Assembly (NCBI RefSeq): GCF_006345805.1
Contig: NC_043006.1
Coordinates: 46,810,001-46,874,000 of the forward strand
Direction: 5' to 3'
Source of the DNA: Octopus sinensis
Taxonomy: Eukaryota
DNA: 64,000 nucleotides
Shown: positions 42,446 through 54,749 of the stretch, piece by piece
Layout: the number at the start of each line of letters is the position of its first letter
Numbering within the stretch: the stretch's first letter is position 1
Position numbers and translations under genes: made by a program
Notes under the pieces: model-generated
What the model was told of the DNA's origin: nothing
What the model saw: only the letters and a program-made list of their open reading frames with translations
Databases searched by the model: none

Positions 42446-45400
42446 CGTCAGAATATATTACTAATGCTAAAGTTATATTCTGAGCCATTTAGTTTGAGCT
42501 GTTGGTGCAGTTTAGCTAATATAATGAAAATCATTCCAGCCATGACCATTCCGGAATTTTGGACTACTTTGTAATATAAATATTATCTTATGTATAGCGA
42601 CAATGGTGTGATTGAACGAGATTCGTTTGTGCGGTATGATGAAATGTGGCTTAAGTAAGTAGGATATGTAAAGTCAAACGAAAATATAATAATTTAGGAT
42701 GATTAAGTTCATATAGAATACGTAGTTACAAAATTTTGAGGTAGAAGAAGAGAGATAGAGAGAGAGAGACATCGACAGAGAAAAGCGTTGGAGAGTGTGA
42801 GAAAGAGGGAGAGAGAATGAGAGAAGCGAGTGAGAGAAAAATATGTGAGAAAGAAACGGTATTTTAGCTATCAATCACATGAATCGCGTGAAATTCACAT
42901 GTCGGAAATCTATTTCTTGGCCAGCATCGACGGCAGTATTGCAGTGGAAGAAAATTATATTGAAAAAAAAAGAAACAAATGATTTATTAACCACCAAACG
43001 ACAAACTAAACGAAACCTAAACCCCTAATGGAAAAATTTCCTAGACGATAGGAAATTTTTGCTTGGATGTGCGTGTGCCAAACGGATTAAAAGAAAACGA
43101 AAAAATCCCTTTTTCTCAAGAGTAATTTTAATACTCAATTTCACTACGTGCGGAAACTATAACTGTTAGTCTCTCGCACATCGAAATGTGCCGTGAAACA
43201 TTCATTTTCCTTTGACAGTCGCCGTAGCTATGTAAAAATTTTGAAATATCAATTAATGATGACCACTGGTTTCTAACGAAACTCAAACTGGTGATGTCCG
43301 TCACTTGAGGAGATACCAGCGTGGAAAAAGAAAATATGACACTTGGATTTTACTCTGCTCATGGCTTATACATTTAACTCCCTAACGACGCAGCGAACAC
43401 ATTTCTAAATAAGTACAGCTATTGCAGTAAAGTGACTAACTGAAAATATGGAGCATTTGCCACTGAGTTCAAATGCATGTGTCCGCATGGTTGATATAAG
43501 GGTGAATTTCGACAATATACATTTATTCTCTATATGCAAGTGAAGCGAATACAATATTCTATTCTGTTTCTTTTTCAGTCGTATAAACTTTTACATATAG
43601 AGGATGAAGTAATTTATAAAACAAGCTACAATATACACTCATAAACCAGCATTACAATAATGCAAAACTTAGTTCATATATGAAGAAATACCGCGATTTC
43701 ACAGGCTCTAATTATTTATTTTATTAGTATTTTGCTTCAGTGTTCGATAAAGAATCATTGTACCAGTTGTAATAGGTCATTTCTTCAAGATGAATTTTTT
43801 ATCATCATTTAAGCTTTCAAAGGCAGCGAAGTAACTGGTCTATCAAGACTGTGTATACATGAAATATGATACACAGAGGTCAATTTTAGTTTAATAAAGG
43901 CTCAATTGCCTATACTGAATTTTCTGTCAGCGAGATAACCATTCGCAAAATCACTGAATGATTTATTCATATATTTCTATATGATGTGGTTGCTACTGAA
44001 AGACCGAAAATGACCGAAATGCATCTGGCACTTTCACCAGCGGCTGCTAAAAATAATTCATTGCGTTTTTAACACATTTCCACAAGAGATATTATCCAAG
44101 GGCAAATATGGCAAAAACTCGTCTATCGACAGTACGTATATATTCAGTATAATACAGAAATGTCTACTTTAAAAGAACTCATTTTGCGCTTATGTATGCG
44201 ATCGGAAAACCCTAGTAAATCGAGTTATTGAAGAGAAATAACTTTGCACATTTAGGATAGATGCTGTATCGTAGACACGTCTATTGAGGCATCCTCGGTT
44301 ACCATGGAAACATAGAAATGGATTATACTATATTTCGGGTCCAAATGAAATTATCGACAATTTTCAAATAATACATAGATACTTATGAAACAAAATCTTG
44401 CATTTTCTCTCGTATCAGTCTGCTAGAAACGCGATCTATATTTTAATTGTTTGTCAGTAAGTCAAAGACCATGAAACTAATCTAAAACTTGATTTATAAT
44501 ATCTGCAATATTTGCCACATCACTTTTCGTAAACATCTACTAAATCTTCATCATAAAAATGTATTCAACATATTCTGCTTCTTTGTGTAGAAAAAAATAG
44601 ATCTTCTCTATCAGATATAAATGTATATTTTATATTCAGGCATCTGACTTTATTACATATTTCATTAAGTTACTGTCAGTCTCAGAAGAACCCAATTGTA
44701 GCAAAACTTTATAGCCGCAGCGTGAAAATTATGTTAGACTGTGATGGCTTTGTGAGTCACTGTGATTTTTACGATCTCCACATATTTTCTTTTACAGGCA
44801 AACAGAGAACCTATCACAAAACCGCAGAAAATTGTTACCGACGACAGAGAATTTAATTTCTAGACGACCCAGCCCAAGAGGACACATCAGTTCTATAATA
44901 ACCGAGGATTCTAACGGTCTGCGATATCCAATTATCTACGCCTATTTTCCTGCTCATATTTAGGAATTTTACTCCATTGAAGATTTTAAAACTACAATAT
45001 TACCAATGACATAATACGCAAAGAGACATTTTCTTTAATTCCAGTCTGAAGTGAAAGTTTTAAGTAAATTTACATTGCAATTTATACCTCTTACTTTTAA
45101 TTAACAATGCTGTGTAACACATTACATATAAATACTGCGGTGACTATAAAAACTTCATGCTGTTAACAGAATAAAATAAACTCACTTATCTGTAATGGAA
45201 CATACCAGACTTCTAGAATATTACTTAGTTTAAGTGATTTAAGATTGTATTACGAATCATAGATATGCTTAACACGTTAATACCGTGGTGCGTGTTAGGT
45301 TGCCTTAGAACTGAACTTAATGCTGTCTTTTGAATAGAATTTACATTAGCAAAGATTACATGTGTGTATGTGTGTGCGTATATTCGTATACAAACACATA

Positions 45401-45511
45401 ATCATACATACCGACGCACACACAGATATGTTTATATATACAAATACAAGTACATATACATATGTATTCGCGTTGGATTTCTAAATATCCCCGTAACAGC
45501 ACCTCTGCAGC

Positions 45512-45570
<59 letters not shown>

Positions 45571-46934
45571 CACTACCACTACTACTACTACTACTACTAC
45601 AAAAAAAGTTCCAGATTAAAATCTGTAGTGAAGTTTATTTGATCGAACAGAAGATACGCGGCAATACCCAAGTGTGACGGCAATCCAATGGTCGAAAGAA
45701 GTAACAAACTATTAAAAAAAACAATACAAATTATACTAGAATAAATGTGTTGCTCTGTGTATTATATTAATTTAGCTTTTTCATTTTATTTAAAATCTCA
45801 CTTATACAGTCTTGCATTTTATTTCTCCATGGTACCAAATTGGTAACCCATAAATCTATTTTCAATGTTTTATTTGCATCAGTTATGAAACTGCCAAACT
45901 GCCGGCCTATCATATTGAAGCGCATTAGTCAAAAGACTCGACCCCAGTATTCAGTTTCTTAAAGCAGAATCTGCTACAGTAGTTTATCTTCACAAAATGT
46001 TGCTGTTTTTATCTAGATCCCTTTTTACTGTTCACTTGCATTCGTATCTTTCCAGAAACGTTTTGAGCGTTAATCTTAAGTTATTCGATGAATATAAAGT
46101 ACTAGTAATGTGCAACGGACGCTTATACTCCAAGAGCCACCGGCAATATCGGAAGAAATAGAGGAAGAGACCAATCAATCTGTGCTCTGGTCCAGAGCAC
46201 AAAAAGTTCTCGTGGGAGGCTTTAAACCCGAGCAGATTAGTTTGCTCACGGAAGAACAACTTCCGCTCATATAGCAAACTTCCACATGCTCGATCCATCC
46301 AATTAAACACTTGTTGTGACTGAAGGAGAACCAAAATCAGAACCAAGCATTTGAAAAGTAAAAGTCTTAATCCTGTCACCATCCGTCATCATAACATAGA
46401 AAGCATTCTTCGTCCTTCATTATGGATTGTTATGTCGGTGAATCAGAGATGTCAGCAAATCAAAGAAATCATAAATAACCTAAATGGAATTTGAACACAT
46501 ATAATGCGGAATCTAATAATTAATCTATTTCGGATCTCTTTTACCTAGCGTGGAGCTGAACATCAGAAAGAAAATCTTTGAACCCCACCCCACGAAATAT
46601 TTTAAAATGTTATTCTTTTTCCTTGGCCATACATGCGAACTTGCCTTGTGCCAATGTTTGTCTACCATTTCTTATGCTGGTGGAACTTTTATAATACAAT
46701 ACATATGTAGTGACTTGTAAAAGCAACAGCGGTAGTTTAATACTTTACAGGGAGCCTTGCTTCATGTCAAAATTGCTAGTTGTCTGTAATGAGCTTTCCC
46801 TGGAAACAATAATAAAAGATGAGCTGAAATAGATAAACCTGTCATATTTGATGGCAAGTAATAAAATTGCTTATGCATAATTATTCACTTTCAACAGAAG
46901 AAACTAATGAATGATAAGCCTTTCGCCTATAGGG

Positions 46935-47510
46935 GCAATGCCAGAAATTTGTTGAGATGGTAACTATCCTATTACATCACCTAAAGAGCTCAACTGTTAT
47001 TCATTTCATCGCCACCGAGAGAACAAACGGCTAAGTCGACCCTGGCGGAATTTGGATTCAGAACGGAAAGCAAGACGAAATGCCGCCAAGCATTTTAGCT
47101 TAGCTTTTTACCCTGCATACTAACGATTCAGACCGCTCGCTGCCTTACTACTATTACTAATATTGAATTCAAATTTAGCCAACAATTTTACAGGGATGTT
47201 TCGGTCTGTGTCTCCAACTGCACTGCTTGACTGATACATTAATTTATCGAAACCGTAGGGATAAAAAAGTAACTTGATCTCGACAGACTTTCGAACTCAC
47301 AGTACAAAGAACCGAAATAAATACCGCAAAACAAATTCTCCGACGCTCTATCGCTTCTGCCATTCCATCACCGTACCACTGACTATGATTTCTACTTCAT
47401 GAACACACTCTGCAATTTTAAAGTTGTGAGTTAGTCGATCACATCGGCACCAGTACTTGCCAGGTACTTTATTTCATCGATTGTAAAAGGATAAGGGACA
47501 CATTTAACCT
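46935..47510 (-). mobile_element. Three degraded SINE family A pieces
   Basis: Partial matches at 46935-47150, 47200-47370, 47420-47510. Confidence 0.6.
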
Positions 47511-47538
47511 ACAAGAATATTTTAGTTCACCAGGCTTA

Positions 47539-47945
47539 GGAGTGGCTATGTGGTAAGTAGCGTGCTTACCAACCACATGGTTCCGAGTTCAATCCCACTG
47601 CGTGTCACCTTGGGCATGTGTCTTCGACTATAGCCTCGGCTGACCAAATCCTTGTGAGTGAATTTTGTAGACGGAAACTGAAAGAAGCCCGTCGTGTATA
47701 TGTATATATATATATATATATATATTTGTGTGTGTGTTTGTTTGTTTGTCCCTCCCAACATCGCTTGATAACCCATACTAGTGTGTTTACGTCCCCGTAA
47801 CTTAGCGGTTCGGCAAAAGAGACCGATAGAATAAGTAGTAGGCATCCAAATAATAAGTCCTGGGGTCGATTTGCTCGACTAAAGGCGGTGCTCCAGCATA
47901 GTCACACTCAAATGACTGAAAGAAGTAAAAGAGTAAAAGTGTAAA
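47539..47945 (+). mobile_element. SINE family B, full length
   Basis: ggagtggctatgtggtaag head, CORE-like domain, internal microsatellite, (gagtaaaa)n tail. Confidence 0.88.
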
Positions 47946-48304
47946 TGAGTAACTCATGGAAAACGAAAGACAAATACGACTCCGGCGAGCATAGACTCTA
48001 CAACGTAAAAATCCGAAACAAATGCTCTCCCCCAAAATTATGGTGAATATCACCTCTAAGGCAAATGCCCGATCCACGTCGTCTTTCTCCACACTATTGG
48101 CATATCTCCAAGGCAAGTTCGTTTATTTGTACTATGATAGCAACTGTGATGCACCTTTCAGGAAATTTCTTGGGAGACGGCACTTCTCTCTCCACATTCC
48201 TTTTTCTTCTCAGTAAAAAAACTCGCGATTTTCTAGCAATCCTCTTCACTCGAGGAAACAGTCATGCAATCGTCTGCACCGAATTGCATGTTCTTTTCTA
48301 CTCT

Positions 48305-48592
48305 AGGCATGAGGCTCGAAATTTTTGGGGAGGGGGCCAGTCGATTAGATCGACCCCAGTATGCAAATGGTACTTAATTTATTGACCCCGAAAGGATGAA
48401 AGACAAAGTCGACCTCGGCGGAATTTGAACTCAGAACGAAACAGTCGAAATACTGCTAAGCATTTCGCCCGGCGAGCTAACGTTTCTTATTTTTTTTATT
48501 GCCCACAAGGGGCTAAACATAGAGGGGACAAACAAGGACAGACAAACGGATTAATTCGATTACATCTGGCTTGCTAACGTTTCTGCCAGCTC
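48305..48592 (-). mobile_element. SINE family A dimer, one unit internally deleted
   Basis: Two units joined at ctaacgtttcttattt..attgcccacaagg. Confidence 0.8.
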
Positions 48593-49229
48593 CGAATTAC
48601 ACTTTGGAAAACAATAAGATCAATAAGGGAAGCTACTCTTAAATAATAATAGAAATCTTATTTCATCAACATATGAATGAAAATAAAGAACAGTTGACCT
48701 GAACAGTATTTGAACCATGATTGTAAAGTTCTGGAACAAAAATCTCAACAATTTTTTTTTGTAGCGATTTAACGATATCTATTGAAGGACGTTATAGATT
48801 TCGTATTAATAAATATTATATGTTTAATTGTGACAAGAGCAAATACAAATAAAACATACAGCTTTTTACATGTGGTAATTAACACACGCACATTTGTTGT
48901 TCTAATAGGAATAAATAACTCAGCATGAGGCGAATTCATCAGATTATTTCACCCTGTGTTTAATTAGGTTTAATCAAATTAAATCTATTATTGTAAAGTG
49001 GAGCAATATGTTTACACATGCGGGGGTATCTTTGTAGGTTTAGACAGACGTCGAATGTAATCAATAACAATGTTTAATGTCCTTTCTTTCCCCTTGTCGT
49101 TACTTCCTACAGAGTCCATAATGTAAATATATACCAATATTGTATATAATTTAGTAAATATAATCACCTCTAGCTTTTCCCTTACGGAGGTAAGTGGTGA
49201 TGCTAAACTGAGTGTTAAGTATAGTGTAC

Positions 49230-49520
49230 GTTGTTTGTTCCTTCTCGAACCACATCTGGCTCTTAAGGGCCGGTTTCCAGGTTTCCTAGGCGTATAGGTT
49301 CCCCACCTAGACGGGACGTCTAGGTGAGCTGCAAGATGTAGGAGGAAAGAGTGAGAGAAAGTTGTGGCGAAAGAGTCAGCAGAAGTTCGCCATTACCTTC
49401 TGTTGGAGCCGCGTGGAGCTTAGGTGTTTCGCTCATAAACACACACATTGCCCTATCTGAGATTCGAACTGGCGATCCCTCGACCGCTGCTCTGACTACT
49501 AGGCCATGTTCCTCCACACT
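49230..49520 (-). mobile_element. tRNA-derived SINE flanked by 94-bp direct repeats
   Basis: Matches 14983-15280; flanks 49136-49229 and 49521-49614 align without gaps, 10 mismatches. Confidence 0.88.
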
Positions 49521-49696
49521 AATATTGTATATACTATAGTAAATCTAATCACCTCTACTTGTTCCCTTACGGAGGTAAGTGGCGATGCTAAACTGAGTGG
49601 GAAATATAGTGTACATAGAGAACGGTAAAAGTAATGGTTATGTGCCAAAACAAACGAAACGGTACTATATAAATACATAACACACAGGAGCCCATA

Positions 49697-49935
49697 CATG
49701 TTCAGATTAGACGAAGGAAATGGAGATGGATCGGATACATACTGCGGAAAGAACCCTCAAATGTGACACGACAAGCACTTGACTGGAACCCGCAGGAGAA
49801 AAGGGAGCGAGGACGCCCGAAGCAGACATAGAAGCGGAGCGTTTTGTTCGAGCTCAGGATCACCGGCCTGACATAGGAAACAGCCAAGAAACACACCAAT
49901 GACCGCAAAAAATGGAAAAAAAACTGTTCAAAGGC
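49697..49935 (+). mobile_element. RTE-clade LINE 3' fragment
   Basis: QIRRRKWRWIGYILRK..TRQALDWNPQEKRERGRPKQT*..DRKKWK. Confidence 0.85.
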
Positions 49936-50079
49936 AAAAAGGATTAAGACGAACACACAGGACCACACTGAAACATGTATATGTGTGTGATGTGCGTGGG
50001 TGACTGTGTGTTGGTGTGTGTTTGAAATAATCGTAATGAATCGAATAATGTAGCTCCTAATAATCCTTTCCATTTAAGG

Positions 50080-51030
50080 CACAATGCCTGAAATTTTGGA
50101 GGAAGGGGTAGCAGATTATATCGAAACCAGTAATTCTTTCATCGGCCCTGAAATGATGAAAGACGACGTCAACCTCGGCGGAGTTTGAACTTAGAACGTA
50201 AAGGCGGACGAAATGCTGCGAAGCATTTTGTCCGGCGTGTCAATGATACTGCCAGCAACAATAATAATAGTATCGGATGTTGGCGCAAGTCCTGCAGTTT
50301 AAAGGAAACGAATAAAATCAATTAAATTGACTCCAGTGCTCAACTGTTTTTTATTTTATTGACCACAAAAGGACAAATTTGATCCCGACTGTGTTTGCAA
50401 AAAAAAAAAAAAAAAATACTAAGTGTTTCGAATTTTGGTACAAAGCCAACAAGTTCGGCAGAGGCGATCAAGTCGATAGCATCGACCCCAGCTTTCAAAC
50501 GGTACTTATTTTATCGACTTCCAAAGATGAAAGGCAAAGTCGACCTCGGTGGAATTTGAACTCAAATCGTAAGGACAGACGAAATGTGACAAAACATCTT
50601 GCAAGGCGTACTTGCAATATGCTAGCTCGCCGACTTAATAATAATCCTTTCTACTATAGGCACAAGTCCCGAAATTTTGGGGAGGGGAATAGTCGATTAC
50701 ATCAACCATAGTGTTTCACTAGTACTTATTACGAAGGATAAAACGTAAAGTCGACTTCGGCAGAGTTTGAACTTATAACGTAGCGGCAGACAAAATACTA
50801 TTTCTTTACTACCCACAAGCAGCTCAACACAGACAGGACAAACAAGGACTGACAAACGGATTAATTCGATTATATCGACCCCAGTACGTAACTGGTACTT
50901 ATTTAATCGATCCCGAAAGAATGAAAGGCAAAGCCGACCTCGGCGGAATTTGAACTCAGAACGTAGCGGCAGACGAAATACTGCTAAGCGTTTCGGCCGG
51001 CATGGCAACGACTCCGCTAGCTCACGCCTC
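50080..51030 (-). mobile_element. Cluster of SINE family A copies, including a dimer (50655-51030)
   Basis: Repeated gtcgacctcggcggaatttgaactc core, all in the same orientation. Confidence 0.8.
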
Positions 51031-51759
51031 CACAATAATAATAATAACAACAATGATGATGATGATGATGATGAAAACGATGTCAACGACTACGAGGATG
51101 ATGATGGTGATGATAATCCTTATGCATCCGGATGTATGTAAAATGCGTAAAAAAAACTACCCCAAAACCTGCGGTTGAGTGGATAAAAATTAACCCAAAA
51201 TTGGTTGTCGGCTAATCACTACACAAAACTCACGATTCCCTTATCACTCACCAGATCCGGGATCAATTAGTGTCACTAAACTTAACGCGTAACACATTCA
51301 CAATTCAACGTTGAATAAATTTACCTCCCATTCATTTCCTTCGCCTCATTGCATGCGCATGTGCGTGCGTGTGTATGTATGCACGCGCGTGTATTTGTTT
51401 GTGAGTGTGTATGTGCCTCTGTGTGTGTTGGCGTATGTGCTATATCCATAAACAAATCTCAAGCACAATCTCTCAATGTTGTTGGACTTCACCTTGCTTC
51501 TCCTCGCTTCTCTCATGGGCAATTATGTGTAGGATGTTGGTGAGCTGGAAGTCTTAAAACTCTTTCTCATTGTACACCAATTAAAGGACACACTGAAATC
51601 ATTGCATATTCACAAGTTCTACATAAGTAAACAGAGATTGATTTTAGGATTTGTTTTAATAACTTTATTTATACTCACGTGATATGACAGAATTTTTCCG
51701 AGCATATCCTTTTTATCAGAATAAATATATTTATTTCCATTAACATTCTTTAAGCATTC

Positions 51760-52764
51760 GATGGATCATTTCCTTTTGATCGGCAGGTCGATAAATTAAT
51801 TTTGTTTTAACTAAACACTTTCAAACTTCGAATACTGGTAGAATGTGTCAAATAGAACATCTTTTACTCTCAGCGTTGTTGAGAAAAGTTTCTATTTACG
51901 ATGTTATTTCGTGTTAAAGTTGTCGTATTTCGTTAATTTGAACCAATCAATGACGTGTTTTCAACTGAATAAAATTATTGCTGTTGCTTGTCAACAACAA
52001 CTACTATCGGCAGTGTATATTTTCCTTGTCACTGTTATTTATGACACAGGTCGTGCGTTTGTACTGGTTTTAGCTTTAGGGTTTTAGGGTTAGGGTTAGT
52101 GTTAGGGTTAGGGTTAGAGTTTGTGTTAGGGTTTTATGGTTAAGGTTTTAGGGTTTGGGTTACGCAAAAAGTGAAAAATGAAGCAATTAGAGGTTGAACG
52201 GATAAGGGGGCAAGAAATTTCAAAATTTTGGCAATTTTCTGTAATCACCGTATCTGGAAAGCTGGGTTTTTGGAAAAAAAAAACAAAAAAACAAAAAACA
52301 ATAATTTACGAGAAAATGAGGTGAGGACGAGAGGATATCTTTCTGAAAATTGTAGCTGAAAAGCAGGAGAAAAAAGCAAAAGGCAGTAGAAATGCGCGAA
52401 CGATTATGTTATTGCCATGGAGTAAACGTGCTTCAGATACATTCGTTCATTCATACGAACGTAACTGAGGTGAAGTATGTCATAAATAACAGTGACAAAA
52501 GAAATATACACCGCCGGTAGTTGTTGTTGACAAACAAGAGCGGTAATTATATTCATTGATTGGTTGAAAATACCGTAACAGGACAACACGAAATAACTTC
52601 GTAAATAGAAACTTTTTCAACAACGCTAAGAGTAAAAGATGTTCTATATGACACATTCTACCAGTATCCGAATTTTGAAACTGTTTAGTTAAAAAAAAAA
52701 TTTATCGATCTGCCGATCAAAAGAAAAGTATCCTATCCGAGCAATGCCGGGTACTTTGGCTTGT
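51760..52764. mobile_element. Foldback element: long inverted arms around a TTAGGG-containing loop, with a Helitron-like 3' hairpin
   Basis: Arms 51763-52046 and 52478-52733 are reverse complements; degenerate (TTAGGG)n at 52070-52162; ccgagcaatgccgggtac..CTTGT at 52737-52764. Confidence 0.75.
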
Positions 52765-52802
52765 ATACCTATATATATTTATATTATTTATTTATTTTTT
52801 AT

Positions 52803-53086
52803 GCACCCTTTTCAGTCCTAGCCAAGCACTTGGGCCCGATTTCCCGGTTTCTGTGGCGTATGTGGACGCCAGTCCATCGCAGCATTACTCAAGAAACAGG
52901 AAGAAAGAGTGAGAGAAAGTTGGGGTGAAAGAGTACCACAGGGGTTCGCCACCATCCACTGCCGGAGCGTCGTGGAGCCATAGGTGTTTTCACTCAATAA
53001 ACACAAACAACGCCCGGTCTGACAATCGAAACCACGATCCACCGACCGCGAATTCGCTGCCCTAACCACTGGGCAACTGCGCCTCC
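52803..53086 (-). mobile_element. SINE family C
   Basis: tRNA head; atacctatatatat on both flanks. Confidence 0.85.
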
Positions 53087-53103
53087 ATATACATACATAC
53101 ATA

Positions 53104-53152
<49 letters not shown>

Positions 53153-54155
53153 TATTTAAAAATTGAGGGAGATAAATTAATATTAATTTTAATATCAATT
53201 TAAAACCAGTAGTCCAGCATTCAAAAAATCTGAGGAGTCAGAGAAAATTCAAATATATGTGTATATTGGCAGGGCTGGCCTGCTAGGTAGCCGGCCAGAA
53301 TGCTAGAAGAAGACCATCAACGATCAAACTACAAGGGAAATTCTCTAGAGGAAGAATTCAGCGAACACCAGAACCAACTTTGGCGGGCAGGACATATGAA
53401 AAATTAAATAAATAACAGACTTAAATGCATACCTCGGTTTCGGTCTTAACAAAAGAATTACTTGCATAATTCAAGTGTCCGTGACTTCATCAGTACATTT
53501 GGTCCTCGAGATGCAAACCGCAAGACTAACCCCAGCTCTCTGTGTCAAGACAGACACGTGCTTAGTCTTACTATATGTGTATATATATATATATACACAT
53601 ACAAACACACACACACATATATATGCGTGAGTATATGCGTGTGTGTGTGTAAATGTGTGTATGTGTACTACTAAAATGGACATTCTTTTATAACTATTGC
53701 CGCGAAATGTTAAATTATAAAATATCACTCGATGCTTTTTGTTGCACAGTAACATTCTATCACTTAATTTTATTACTTAATTTCAGAACGTATCCAAAGA
53801 GCGTTCAATGTATGCTATATACCATAAAAGCGACGAACATGATCTCCGAAGAAAATTAGCTGTCTAGACAACGTAATTAACATTCGGGTATCTTACAGAT
53901 GTGAGTTTACATTATGCAACCGTCAATGTAAACCATCCAGATTGTCGTTTTTAATGTATCATAATATATACGTTGTCAAACGTTTTTAGATTTTGACACG
54001 TTGTTGGTTCGTGTTGAAATTCTTTTGTTTTACAAATATCTTTATGAAATAAATTACGTGTATTAATGTTTATTCGTGTGTTTAAGTAACGATTATAACA
54101 GACTAGCATTTGCGTTTTGTAAGCTCATGGAACCAAATACATTTTTGTCAACTTT

Positions 54156-54749
54156 AGGCACAAGGCCTGAAATTTTTGGGGAGGGGATCAGTCGATTAGA
54201 TCGACCCCACTACGCAACTGGTAACTAATTTCTCGACCCCGAATGATGAAAGGCAATGTCAACCTCGGCGGAATTTGAACTAAGAACGTAAAGACAGATG
54301 AAATACAGCTAAGCATATCGCTCGGCATGCTAACGTTTCTTATTTCTGTATTGCCCACAAGGAGCAATACAGGGGACAAACAAGAACAGAATACGGATTA
54401 AGTCGATTACATCGACCCCAGTTCGTAACTGGTACTTAATCTATTGACCCCGAAAGGATTAAAGGCAAAGTCGACCTCGGTGGAATTTGAACTCAGAACG
54501 TAGCGGCAGACGAAATACCTATTTCTTTACTACCCACAAGGGACTAAACACAGAGAGGACAAACAAGGACAGACAAGCGGATTAAGTCGATTATATCGAT
54601 CCCAGTGCGTAACTGGTACTTAATCTTTCGACCCCGAAAGTATGAAAGACAAAGTCGATCTCGGCGGAATTTGAACTCAGAACGTAACAGCAGACGAAAT
54701 ACCGCTAAGCATTTCGCTCGGCGTGCTAACGTTTCTGCCAGCTCGCCGC
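54156..54749 (-). mobile_element. SINE family A head-to-tail trimer
   Basis: Three cores; junctions at 54330-54362 and 54511-54540; a further copy lies at 54890-55082. Confidence 0.88.

Noticed and set aside
44100-44260. Minus-strand LSIDE motif suggesting a piggyBac transposase
   Set aside because: Spacing to upstream motifs is too short and the downstream GR..KP.K.G motif is absent
53270-53400. Possible further RTE scraps (also 32090-32200, 56045-56105)
   Set aside because: Only a few weak residues match; too short to support a call
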